From Candidatus Methanodesulfokora washburnensis (lineage in GTDB: Archaea; Korarchaeota; Korarchaeia; Korarchaeales; Korarchaeaceae): DNA of 28,805 bases. The notes beneath the pieces are model-generated. The model was not told the DNA's origin. It did not search any database and saw nothing but the letters and a program-made list of their open reading frames with translations. Positions within the stretch are counted from its first letter, which is position 1. Every line of letters begins with the position of its first letter. Below are positions 1 through 7,614 of the stretch, piece by piece. The position numbers and the translations under genes are program-made. Where the stretch lies: the NCBI RefSeq assembly GCF_003947435.1, contig NZ_RCOS01000173.1, forward strand, positions 1-28,805, in the 5' to 3' direction.

Positions 1-1036
1 TGTGATCCTTCCAGTAGAATATCTCCCAGTCTGCATTGAAGTAGCTTTTTCTTCTCATGAGCTCAACTGCCACCAGGTTTTCCATGAGCCTTCCGAAGTT
101 CTCAGATATCCTGAAGCCCATCGCATATGCAATTCCTGTGTCAATTGAGTACACCTTCTGAGGGGCTATGAACTGCTGCTTCAGCTTTGGGGAATACCTC
201 ATCAGAGTTATTATCAGGTATGCATCTCTGGCACCATCTATCCACTCTCTCACCGTGTGGACATCCCTTACTCCAAAAACTCTGCACAGCTTGGACATCG
301 TGAACTCACAGGAGAAGTTTGACGTCAGATAGGCTATCATATCCCTGAACACGGATCTCTTCCTTATCCTCAGCCTTTTTAATATGTCCTTCTCCACTAT
401 ATCCGAGTATATCCTCACAATTATATCCCTTCCGAATAAATAGGTCTCTGGAAAACCTCCTCTTTTCAAAAAATCCTCTAGCTTGCTTTTTATTATGCCC
501 ACCTTTCTTGCAGAATATCCGTCGAAGTAAATGCCCTCATAAGCCAGAAACTCCCTGAAGTTGAATGGAAATAAAGTGAAATCGACATATCTTCCGGTAA
601 GGGCCGTTGACAGCTCTCCAGATAACATCCTTGAGTTAGATCCGGTCACCACAACTCTTTTGCTCTCCCTCATCCTGCTCACAAAAAGCTCCCATCCTGG
701 CACGTTGTGGGGCTCATCAAGCAGCAGATAATCGAAATCCCCATGTAGCTCATAGAAGGCCTGAAGCAGCCTATCAAAATCGGCTGAATTAAATCTCAGC
801 AGCCTCTCATCATCGAAGTTTATGTAGCATGCTTTTAGATCCCTCAGAATTAGATGAGAGAGGGTGGATTTCCCGCATCTCCTGACTCCCAGTATTGCTA
901 GAACATTCGGAGCCGATATATATCTTTTCAGCCTTTCATAGTCTATATCTCTTTCTATTATCCTTCTATTCCTGAATTTATCCTCTATTTCCTCCTTTTG
1001 AGCCGTTATTATCCTTTTTAACTCTTGCACTTCCAC
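1..1036 (-). CDS. AAA+ ATPase of the COG1373 type (AAA_14 P-loop domain plus DUF4143-like C-terminal region); the 3' end runs off the window
   Basis: Absent from the ORF track because there is no stop codon inside the window. My own minus-strand translation is open from 1036 down to 1. It reads VEVQELKRIITAQKEEIEDKF...APNVLAILGVRRCGKSTL (Walker A, about 865-895), then FDYLLLDEPHNVPGW (Walker B-like, about 695-730), then ...VYSIDTGIAYAMGF...FYWKDH at the edge. There is no in-frame ATG at the 5' end. GTG at 1036 (or 1030) lies about 25 nt downstream of a TTTTTTAAAAA TATA-like box at 1055-1065. Confidence 0.75.
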   Translation of the reverse strand, partial: MEVQELKRIITAQKEEIEDKFRNRRIIERDIDYERLKRYISAPNVLAILGVRRCGKSTLSHLILRDLKACYINFDDERLLRFNSADFDRLLQAFYELHGDFDYLLLDEPHNVPGWELFVSRMRESKRVVVTGSNSRMLSGELSTALTGRYVDFTLFPFNFREFLAYEGIYFDGYSARKVGIIKSKLEDFLKRGGFPETYLFGRDIIVRIYSDIVEKDILKRLRIRKRSVFRDMIAYLTSNFSCEFTMSKLCRVFGVRDVHTVREWIDGARDAYLIITLMRYSPKLKQQFIAPQKVYSIDTGIAYAMGFRISENFGRLMENLVAVELMRRKSYFNADWEIFYWKDH

Positions 1037-1043
1037 ACAGCTA

Positions 1044-1076
1044 TATCCACAAGGTTTTTTAAAAAGTTTGTGGATA
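1044..1076. promoter_or_regulatory. 33-bp near-perfect palindrome enclosing the TATA-like box between the HEPN gene and the ATPase gene
   Basis: TATCCACAA (1044-1052) and TTGTGGATA (1068-1076) are perfect reverse complements. They flank GGTTTTTTAAAAAGT. Confidence 0.5.
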
Positions 1077-1138
1077 GAAGAGTAAAGAGCTGCAGAGAAT
1101 AGAACAGATTTCTGAGCTAGAAAATCAAAGATATCAGC

Positions 1139-1573
1139 TTACTGCTTTTTGTAATGCTGTAATAATTTTTTTGTGGTCTCTAGAACCCTGAATGCCATAT
1201 TAAGTGCCTCTCTTGCATCTTCCTCGGAATAAAGCTCCTCTGGAGGTATAAAAGCCTTCTCATCGCCATAAAAAGCGGGTCCTCTTCTTATTGCAAGATA
1301 TGTGCTTATTTTCTTCAGTTCATCTATCTCTTTCTTCAGCCAATCTGGAAGATTAACTTCCTCCTTGGCTTTATCTAAAGCCACTGAGACATCATGAGAT
1401 CTCGGATACTCTATCCCCATGAGACGCAACATTCCCTTCAGGGATAATTCAACGCACTCCTGCGCTCTACGCACACATCTATGAAAAGCTCCCTCGTCCA
1501 GATTGAATTTTGCCTCCCTATAAGAGCGTTCGGCATCCTCTATATACGCCTTAGCCATCGCATAAGTGTTCAA
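1139..1573 (-). CDS. HEPN domain protein (classical PF05168-like), partner of the upstream nucleotidyltransferase
   Basis: 144-aa ORF with a helical pattern typical of HEPN: ...RRAQECVELSLKGMLRLMGIEYPRSHDVSVAL...YLAIRRGPAFYGDE. Its start overlaps the MNT stop by 4 nt (1570-1573). Confidence 0.7.
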   Translation of the reverse strand: MNTYAMAKAYIEDAERSYREAKFNLDEGAFHRCVRRAQECVELSLKGMLRLMGIEYPRSHDVSVALDKAKEEVNLPDWLKKEIDELKKISTYLAIRRGPAFYGDEKAFIPPEELYSEEDAREALNMAFRVLETTKKLLQHYKKQ

Positions 1574-2073
1574 ATCTCGATCACCTCTCCCACATTAAGG
1601 CCCGGCTTGAGAACCCACATCCAGCTCCCATCTTCAAGCTCAATTCTCTTTGCTCCCAGCTTTATCAGTTTTTTCCACAGATCTTTCAGCACCTTTGTCA
1701 TAAATTCGTCCTTATCGTGAAGTATTATTGCATCTGTCAGTAGATCTAGGTATATAGGCCTGCTTTTCAATGCCTCCTCCACCCTCAGAGGATAAAACTG
1801 CAGAGGATGTCCTGGAATTCTGTCTCTTACTCTCTCAGCTATTGGAAAGAGAAGATCCATCCTTCTGGAGTATTTTTGTGGAAAGTTCCTTGCCACGACC
1901 AGCAGGTCTATGTCACTGCCCTCCTTGAAATCCCCTCTTGCCACGCTTCCAAACAGGACAACGGATATCAAGTTATCGCCAAAAAGCTCTTTTAACTCCG
2001 ATAGGACATCTTTTAGAACTTCCCTGAAATTCGGATTTACACAATCCAGCCCATATCTGAGGACGAGCTCCAT
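1570..2073 (-). CDS. Minimal nucleotidyltransferase (MNT, NTP_transf_2 family)
   Basis: Contains GSVARGDFKEGSDIDLLVV, matching the GSxxRG...DxD polymerase-beta-type nucleotidyltransferase signature. A TTTATATATT box on the minus strand (2099-2108) sits about 26-35 nt upstream of the ATG at 2073. Confidence 0.8.
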   Translation of the reverse strand: MELVLRYGLDCVNPNFREVLKDVLSELKELFGDNLISVVLFGSVARGDFKEGSDIDLLVVARNFPQKYSRRMDLLFPIAERVRDRIPGHPLQFYPLRVEEALKSRPIYLDLLTDAIILHDKDEFMTKVLKDLWKKLIKLGAKRIELEDGSWMWVLKPGLNVGEVIEI

Positions 2074-2213
2074 GGTCTGCTAAATGTAACTCAGTTGAAT
2101 ATATAAACTGGCTGGAGATTTCTGCTCAAAAAATATATTAAAAGTTGGGAATTCATCAAGATCAATGCAAGGAGACTCCTGACTTTAGTTGTGGAGTAGG
2201 TTACTAGGAAAGA

Positions 2214-3083
2214 TCAAGGCTGATAGTCATAGCTCTCTCCTCCAGCTCCATAGTAACAGGGATGTATTAAGAGGTAGACGACCTGTCCGGGCTTGGCGTT
2301 CTGCACTATGCTTATCCAATCGCTCGGCTTTCCCATGTTATCCGTTCTCCAGTAGTGCTGATATGTTCTCAGGTAGGGAAGGACCGATAGATAGCACTCG
2401 CTTACGAGTCCGAAGTCCTCTATGCTTTTGTTTGCCATGGAAAACATGTCAAAATTTCTGTACGTCATGTTTGCCCTGTTTCCATGGGCACATGCTGTAT
2501 CAACTGGAACTATCGATCTGAGAATTTGAAGATCGAGCTCAAATAAACTAAGTGCTTTGCTCAGATTGTATCTGCTTGTGCTGTATTCTGATGCATAGAG
2601 ATCCTCATAGTGAAGGCCTACATCGAAGCCCCAGTCATAAATCTGCTTTATCTTCTTCGACACAGACTCCGACAGGACGTTGTATCTCTCATCCCTTACC
2701 CTGACATAGTATGATGCATTTATCCCAAGTTCATGCTCCATCTCTGCCATTTTAAACGCTATTTCTATGTCATTGTCACAGTCATGCCTCAATACGACAG
2801 TTACTCTATCCGAAGGAGCTCTCCATCCACTTTTGCTGAGCAGAACAAATTGTTTTACATTTAAAACAAGATATCTGGGCTTCCTAAGCTCCTCCAGAAA
2901 CCTCCTGTAGTAGTCCAAGGAGAAGTAAGATGTCCCCTTTTGTACATTCTGCACCTCTCCAGCATATCCGAGGCTCATTTGTGGGGCTCTTGCATTACTC
3001 TCCTTTGGGAAAATAAGGGGAATAAGAGCTGATAATGCTATCAGTGCCACTAGCACTGCTATTAGGTGAACACGACTGAGCAT
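2214..3083 (-). CDS. Membrane-anchored or secreted polysaccharide-deacetylase-like (CE4-like) protein
   Basis: N-terminal hydrophobic helix (LIAVLVALIALSALIPLIF). The stretch VVLRHDCDNDIEIAFKMAEMEHELGINASYYV...GLHYE resembles the (R)HDVD...A..M...E...G..ATFF pattern of divergent deacetylases. This rests on motif recall only. Confidence 0.4.
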   Translation of the reverse strand: MLSRVHLIAVLVALIALSALIPLIFPKESNARAPQMSLGYAGEVQNVQKGTSYFSLDYYRRFLEELRKPRYLVLNVKQFVLLSKSGWRAPSDRVTVVLRHDCDNDIEIAFKMAEMEHELGINASYYVRVRDERYNVLSESVSKKIKQIYDWGFDVGLHYEDLYASEYSTSRYNLSKALSLFELDLQILRSIVPVDTACAHGNRANMTYRNFDMFSMANKSIEDFGLVSECYLSVLPYLRTYQHYWRTDNMGKPSDWISIVQNAKPGQVVYLLIHPCYYGAGGESYDYQP

Positions 3084-3149
3084 AAAGAGGAGCTAAGGGG
3101 AGTGGATAAAATCATTAATTCTATTTATATGTCATAAACCTTTTTAATC

Positions 3150-3260
3150 CCCTGCTGTCACATAAGTAGGCCCTGTTTTCCCTCGAGGAAAACAGCAGGA
3201 CCTAGCCAGCGGGTCCGTTGGCCGACCCTTCAGGGTTCGTCAGCAGTTCCCAAAAAGTTA
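3150..3260 (+). ncRNA. Unassigned GC-rich structured RNA candidate (about 100 nt, three hairpins plus a closing helix)
   Basis: A GC-rich island sits inside a very A/T-rich spacer. Hairpins: CTGTTTTCC/GGAAAACAG (3174-3182/3188-3196), GGACC/GGTCC (3198-3202/3212-3216) and CGACCC/GGGTTCG (3223-3228/3233-3239). A possible closing helix is CTGCTG/CAGCAG (3152-3157/3241-3246). TATTTATAT (3122-3130) lies about 25 nt upstream and a T-run (3270-3273) lies downstream. Confidence 0.4.
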
Positions 3261-3295
3261 ACTATTAACTTTTATGTGCATACTCACACGATAAG

Positions 3296-3303
3296 TTTAT
3301 AAA
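3296..3303 (+). promoter_or_regulatory. TATA box (TTTATAAA) predicted to drive the SSB transcript
   Basis: A consensus-like archaeal TATA octamer. It predicts a transcription start near 3322-3327, about 175 nt upstream of the homology-supported SSB start. The octamer is palindromic, so it could also fire in the minus direction. Confidence 0.45.
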
Positions 3304-3500
3304 TGAAAGATCCTATTTTCTGTGCCCGATATGTGGTGGTATATAGCACCGAATGGGCACATACTCAGGATGAGGGGAGTTTCCGTTGCCCCTGAAAGCC
3401 ATCCATGAGGATAGCAACCCTGTTGCCATCCGAGATGGAACGGGTAGTAAATGTCAATTACCCGACAACGGAAGCTGGTCGAGAGAAGAAGGAGATCCGT

Positions 3501-3917
3501 ATGTCGAGACAGATGAAAAAGGTGATGGACCTGGCACCCGGCTCTGACGGGATAAATGTCAGGGTCAGGGTTTTGGAGGCGGGCGAGCCCCGCGTTGTGG
3601 AGACGAGGAGTGGGTCCAAGACCCTCTCCGAGGCCCTAGTTGGGGACGAAACCGGAAGAATAGGCCTCACTTTATGGGGGGACCATGCAGGAAAGCTGAG
3701 GAAAGGACAGGTGATAGAAGTACAGAATGCATTCACCACCGCGTTCAGGGGGAAGGTGCAGCTCAATGTTGGAAACAGAGGAAGCATACAGCAGCTTGAT
3801 GATAGCTCCATGGTAAGCGCTGAGGAGATTCCAGAGGAATCTCCTGAGGCTCCTGAGGGCTGGAGACCGAGAAGACAGGGCTATGGAAGGAGGCCGAGAG
3901 GAGGATTTAGGCGCTGA
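3501..3917 (+). CDS. ssb: Single-stranded DNA-binding protein, crenarchaeal/TACK single-OB type with an Arg/Gly-rich tail
   Basis: INVRVRVLEAGEPRVVETRSGSKTLSEALVGDETGRIGLTLWGDHAGKLRKGQVIEVQNAFTTAFRGKVQLNVG closely parallels the Sulfolobus SSB as I recall it ([69 protein letters not shown]). The tail reads PRRQGYGRRPRGGFRR. I prefer the start at 3501 (GGAG at 3491-3494) over the track ATG at 3405. Confidence 0.85.
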   Translation: MSRQMKKVMDLAPGSDGINVRVRVLEAGEPRVVETRSGSKTLSEALVGDETGRIGLTLWGDHAGKLRKGQVIEVQNAFTTAFRGKVQLNVGNRGSIQQLDDSSMVSAEEIPEESPEAPEGWRPRRQGYGRRPRGGFRR

Positions 3918-4023
3918 TATTAGAGATCTCCAAAGAGAATTTAAATAGAATCCGTGTAATCTGCAGGTTAAAATGGATGGGCTCATAAACCTATTCTCTC
4001 CTTTATCTTCGCTATCTCTTCCC

Positions 4024-4428
4024 CTATTTTTGAGAATCTTTGCTCAAAGCCTTTAGGTCAGTCCTGAGCTCCTTTATCTCCTTCAATGTTTCATCCTGTT
4101 TTTCCAGCATTTTTAATCCAACATTAACGATTTTCACAAGCTGGCCCAGGCTGAATATCCTGTAAAATCCCTCTATGGACATCACACTTCCCTCATAATT
4201 CTCATCTATCACCTCTCTCACTTCTGCAAACTCAGGAAAGTTACTTCTTGCAAACTCGATAAACTTGTCAACTCTGCTTTTCTCCCCCTCAACAATGCAT
4301 TCCACATAATCCTCAATGTTTTTAGCCTGAAAGCCTACTAATCCCAGCTGTTCTGCTGCTTCTAGAAGGAAAAGCCTGTATCCAACATCCTGTACTCTCT
4401 CCCCTTTTATCACGATCCTCTTCTTCAT
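4024..4428 (-). CDS. Acylphosphatase-like domain protein with a C-terminal coiled-coil tail
   Basis: MKKRIVIKGERVQDVGYRLFLLEAAEQLGLVGFQAKN matches the acylphosphatase V.G.VQGVGFR signature. I prefer the ATG at 4428 because an AAATTTAAATTAAAA box (4441-4462, minus strand) lies about 24 nt upstream. The track ORF extends to 4467. Confidence 0.5.
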   Translation of the reverse strand: MKKRIVIKGERVQDVGYRLFLLEAAEQLGLVGFQAKNIEDYVECIVEGEKSRVDKFIEFARSNFPEFAEVREVIDENYEGSVMSIEGFYRIFSLGQLVKIVNVGLKMLEKQDETLKEIKELRTDLKALSKDSQK

Positions 4429-4628
4429 CTCACAGAAAAATCGGCCTTTTAATTTAAATTTAGGCATGTTATAAGCCTAATTTAGCATCGACAGAGAACC
4501 CGTGTTTTCGGCTTTATCGGCAGATAAGAGTGTTGGGACCGATAAACCTCATTATTGTAGTAATATCATGCATTGTCTTAACAGTCTCGGTCCTACTAGT
4601 TGGAACGTATATTCCTTTTGGAATAAAG

Positions 4629-5975
4629 ATGGCCTTTAAGGATATGTTTAAATTTTTATCCCCTCCACATCTTAGTAGTGGGAACTTGGTGATAAGGCAG
4701 AGGTCTTTTGATTTTGCAACCTGGACCCATCTTGTCCCAGAATCGGAGATAAGAGCCCTTCTCAGATATGCCGTCAAGTACTATTTTGCGGGAGGAAAGC
4801 CGGGCGTCCTTCCTTTGACGGTTCTCCCTAGGATAATGGTGGAGATGGGTCTTGAGGACTTTGAGCTCCTCTCAAGCTCAGATGACCACAAGGTTGTGAT
4901 AGATCACTACAACTATGCCCCAACAGATGGTCTGATGAGCCTCAGAAAGGTGCTGGCTGATCTGATGATAAGAAGGGATTATCTCCCTCTTGACAAGGAG
5001 GAGGGGTGGAAGGATGTTATAATAACAACTGGATCTCAACAGGCGATATATGCGATAATGGATGTTTTAATAGATCCCGGGGATGTTGTCATAGTTCCCA
5101 GGCCTGTCTACCTCGGATTTGTGAATGTGGCAGTTAAGTTTGGGGCAAGGGTCATAACAGTGCCGCAGGACAAGGAGGGTGTTGACCCTGAGCATGTTGA
5201 TAAGGCAATAGAGGAGTCCAAGAAGAGGTTTGGAAAAGTTCCTGACATCATATATGTGGTCCCGGATTCAGATAACCCAACTGGCACGACAATGCCTGAG
5301 AAGAGGAGAAAGGATCTGTTTGAGGTTGCTGCATCACATGGCTCCCTTATAGTTGAGGATGCTGCATACAGGGAGATACAGTTTGGAGATCAGAGAATAA
5401 GGCCGATAAAGGCATTTGACAAGGAGAACAGTCATGTCATATACATGAGAACTACAAGCAAGGAGGTAGCTGTCGTCAGAGTTGGATATTCTGTCATGCC
5501 GAAGGATGTGGCAGAGCAGGTGATAAAGGTGAAGGGATATCTGGATCTCTGCACTCCCGTCCTCTGCCAGAGATTTGCCAGATACTACTATGAGAGGTAT
5601 TTCGAGAGGGAGATAGACAAGGTCAGGAAGGAGTATGAGAAGAGATGCAGGGTGATGGCAAAGGCAATAGATGAGAGTTTCCCAGAAGGGGAGAGGACTG
5701 ATCCGAAAGGAGGCTTCTTCATATGGTGGAGCTCCAAGAGGAAGGACTTCGACTCAAAGAAGTTCTTGGATATTGCAATAAAGGAGGATGTTGCCTATGT
5801 CCCAGGACAGGCATTCTATCCATCAATAGGAATGGCATATCAGCCAGGAGTGGGACTTTCCGACAATATCGTGGAGAGAAATGGGATGAGACTTGGGTAC
5901 TCATATCTATCGCCAGAGGAGATAGAAGAAGGCATAAATAGGCTTGGATCCATTCTCAGGAGGCATCTTGGATGA
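4629..5975 (+). CDS. PLP-dependent aminotransferase, class I/II (LysN/ARO8/MocR-like fold type I)
   Basis: Length and motif pattern fit: ...VIITTGSQQAIY...VPDSDNPTGTTM...RTTSKEVA (candidate PLP lysine)...RLGYS. The first 33 codons of the track ORF (from GTG 4530) are hydrophobic, lie in the divergent promoter spacer and are probably not translated. Confidence 0.75.
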   Translation: MAFKDMFKFLSPPHLSSGNLVIRQRSFDFATWTHLVPESEIRALLRYAVKYYFAGGKPGVLPLTVLPRIMVEMGLEDFELLSSSDDHKVVIDHYNYAPTDGLMSLRKVLADLMIRRDYLPLDKEEGWKDVIITTGSQQAIYAIMDVLIDPGDVVIVPRPVYLGFVNVAVKFGARVITVPQDKEGVDPEHVDKAIEESKKRFGKVPDIIYVVPDSDNPTGTTMPEKRRKDLFEVAASHGSLIVEDAAYREIQFGDQRIRPIKAFDKENSHVIYMRTTSKEVAVVRVGYSVMPKDVAEQVIKVKGYLDLCTPVLCQRFARYYYERYFEREIDKVRKEYEKRCRVMAKAIDESFPEGERTDPKGGFFIWWSSKRKDFDSKKFLDIAIKEDVAYVPGQAFYPSIGMAYQPGVGLSDNIVERNGMRLGYSYLSPEEIEEGINRLGSILRRHLG

Positions 5976-6838
5976 TAGAGGAGAGGATAAAGAGCGGTAT
6001 CGTTGACATGATGGAGAGAGCTGCTTTTAGAGTTCCAGATGATGTTTTGAATGCATTAAAAAGGGCAGCAGAAGAGGAAAGCGGTGTGGCAAAGTCAAAT
6101 CTAATGGCCATACTGAAAAACTTGGACGAAGCTGGGAGGTTGAGGCTGCCGATATGCCAGGACACCGGCACACCAACTTTCTTCGTGGAGCTTGGTGAGG
6201 ACTTCCCGATAAGAGCAGGGATATACAATCTGATAACGGAGGCTGTGAGGGAGGCGACAAGAAAAGTTCCCCTCAGGCCAAACTCAGTGAATCCATGGAC
6301 TTATGAAAACCCAGGGGATAACACGGGAAGGTTCGTCCCGGTGATCCATGTTGACATAGTTCCTGGGGATAGAATGAGGGTGACATACTTGGCCAAGGGA
6401 GGTGGAAGTGAGAATGTCTCACAGCTGTTCATGCTGCCTCCGGTAGCCGGGCTCAAGGGGATAAAGCAGGCTGTGGTAAATGCAGCCTATAATGCTGGGA
6501 CTCAGCCATGCCCTCCAGTTATAATAGGGGTTGGAGTTGGAGGAAGTGCGGATATCGCTATGAAGCTTGCTAAAAAGGCGACCCTCAGGCCTTTAAATGA
6601 GAGAAATCCTGATGAAAACCTAAGAAAAATAGAGGAGGAGCTCAAGGAGAAGATAAACTCGATGGGAATAGGGCCCATGGGACTTGGTGGAAAGACTTTT
6701 GCCCTAGCTGTGCACATAGAGTGGGCACATAAGCATCCGGCAAGCCTTCCAGTGGGAGTTTCAATGCTCTGCTGGGCTGCTAGGAAGTCAATAGCTGATT
6801 TTCTTCCGAATGGGGAGTTCAGGATAGTTGTTCCATGA
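5972..6838 (+). CDS. fumA: Class I (Fe-S) fumarate hydratase, alpha subunit (N-terminal domain type; a tartrate dehydratase alpha subunit is the alternative)
   Basis: LPICQDTGTPTFFVELG and GGGSEN are signatures of Fe-S hydro-lyase alpha subunits. There is an ATGA overlap with the aminotransferase stop. Confidence 0.8.
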   Translation: MIEERIKSGIVDMMERAAFRVPDDVLNALKRAAEEESGVAKSNLMAILKNLDEAGRLRLPICQDTGTPTFFVELGEDFPIRAGIYNLITEAVREATRKVPLRPNSVNPWTYENPGDNTGRFVPVIHVDIVPGDRMRVTYLAKGGGSENVSQLFMLPPVAGLKGIKQAVVNAAYNAGTQPCPPVIIGVGVGGSADIAMKLAKKATLRPLNERNPDENLRKIEEELKEKINSMGIGPMGLGGKTFALAVHIEWAHKHPASLPVGVSMLCWAARKSIADFLPNGEFRIVVP

Positions 6839-6844
6839 GGTGGT

Positions 6845-7441
6845 ATGATGGAGTATTATATAAAAACTCCTATTAGTGAGGAGGAAGTGAGGAAGCTGGA
6901 AGCAGGTGATGTAGTTTATATATCGGGAAAGATAATAACGGGAAGGGATCAGGTTCACAGGAGAGCTTTGGAGTTTTATAAAGAGGGAAAGCCTCTTCCA
7001 GTTGATCTTAGAGGGATGGCAATTTATCACTGTGGTCCAATAGCCGAGAAAAAAGGAGATGAGTGGAGAATTGTTGGATTCGGTCCTACCACAAGCGCTA
7101 GGATGGAGTCGGTGGAAGCTGATTTCCTAAGGGCCTTTGGAGTGAGGCTTGTGATAGGGAAAGGAGGTATGTTCGAGAGGACAACACAGGCTATGAAGGA
7201 GCTTGGAGCTGCATATCTAGCTCATCCAGGCGGGGTATCTGTTCTGGCTACTAAATCCGTGAAGAGAGTTTTGGAAGTTCATTGGCTTGATCTGGGAATT
7301 CCCGAGGCAATGTGGGTTGTTGAAGTTGAGAATTTTGGACCCACAATGGTGGCCATAGACTCCCATGGAAGGAACCTCTTCATGGAGGTGATGAAAAGAG
7401 CAGAGAGCAGGAGGAAAGAGATATTTGAGGAGCTGAAGTAA
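6845..7441 (+). CDS. fumB: Class I (Fe-S) fumarate hydratase, beta subunit
   Basis: GKIITGRDQVHRR...GPTTSARME...GKGGM is typical of the beta (C-terminal domain) subunit. GGTGGT lies 2 nt upstream of the ATG. A T-rich tract (7450-7463) follows the stop. Confidence 0.8.
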   Translation: MMEYYIKTPISEEEVRKLEAGDVVYISGKIITGRDQVHRRALEFYKEGKPLPVDLRGMAIYHCGPIAEKKGDEWRIVGFGPTTSARMESVEADFLRAFGVRLVIGKGGMFERTTQAMKELGAAYLAHPGGVSVLATKSVKRVLEVHWLDLGIPEAMWVVEVENFGPTMVAIDSHGRNLFMEVMKRAESRRKEIFEELK

Positions 7442-7449
7442 ACTGATAA

Positions 7450-7463
7450 TTTCTTTCTTTTTT
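7450..7463 (+). terminator. Oligo-T tract after fumB (archaeal-type terminator)
   Basis: TTTCTTTCTTTTTT begins 9 nt after the TAA stop. Confidence 0.45.
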
Positions 7464-7614
7464 AATTCATACTTTGTTAATATGAAAAATGTCTTATGGA
7501 ATTACACATATCATGATTATTACAAGCTTTTAAACCTATGCAAGATACTCTGAAACGTTTCGAAATGGTATCACAATAACATTAATATTCCGTTTCAGTT
7601 AGATATGCTTAGTG

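Noticed and set aside
3150-3260. Possibility that the GC-rich three-hairpin block is a tRNA (with or without an intron)
   Set aside because: It has no 7-bp acceptor stem, no GTTCRAATC-type T-loop (the third hairpin has a 4-nt loop) and no D-arm geometry. The first hairpin is 9 bp and is preceded by a 14-nt single-stranded spacer.
3405-3500. N-terminal 32 codons of the track SSB ORF (MRIATLLPSEMERVVNVNYPTTEAGREKKEIR)
   Set aside because: Sulfolobus-type SSBs start about 10 residues before the OB fold. ATG 3501 has a GGAG motif 7 nt upstream. The extension coincides with stem-rich leader sequence.
4514-4777. The minus-strand 87-aa ORF and the GTG-4530 extension of the aminotransferase ORF
   Set aside because: Both lie in the promoter spacer and have odd composition (a hydrophobic run and no family motifs). 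ATG 4629 follows a TATATT box at leaderless distance.
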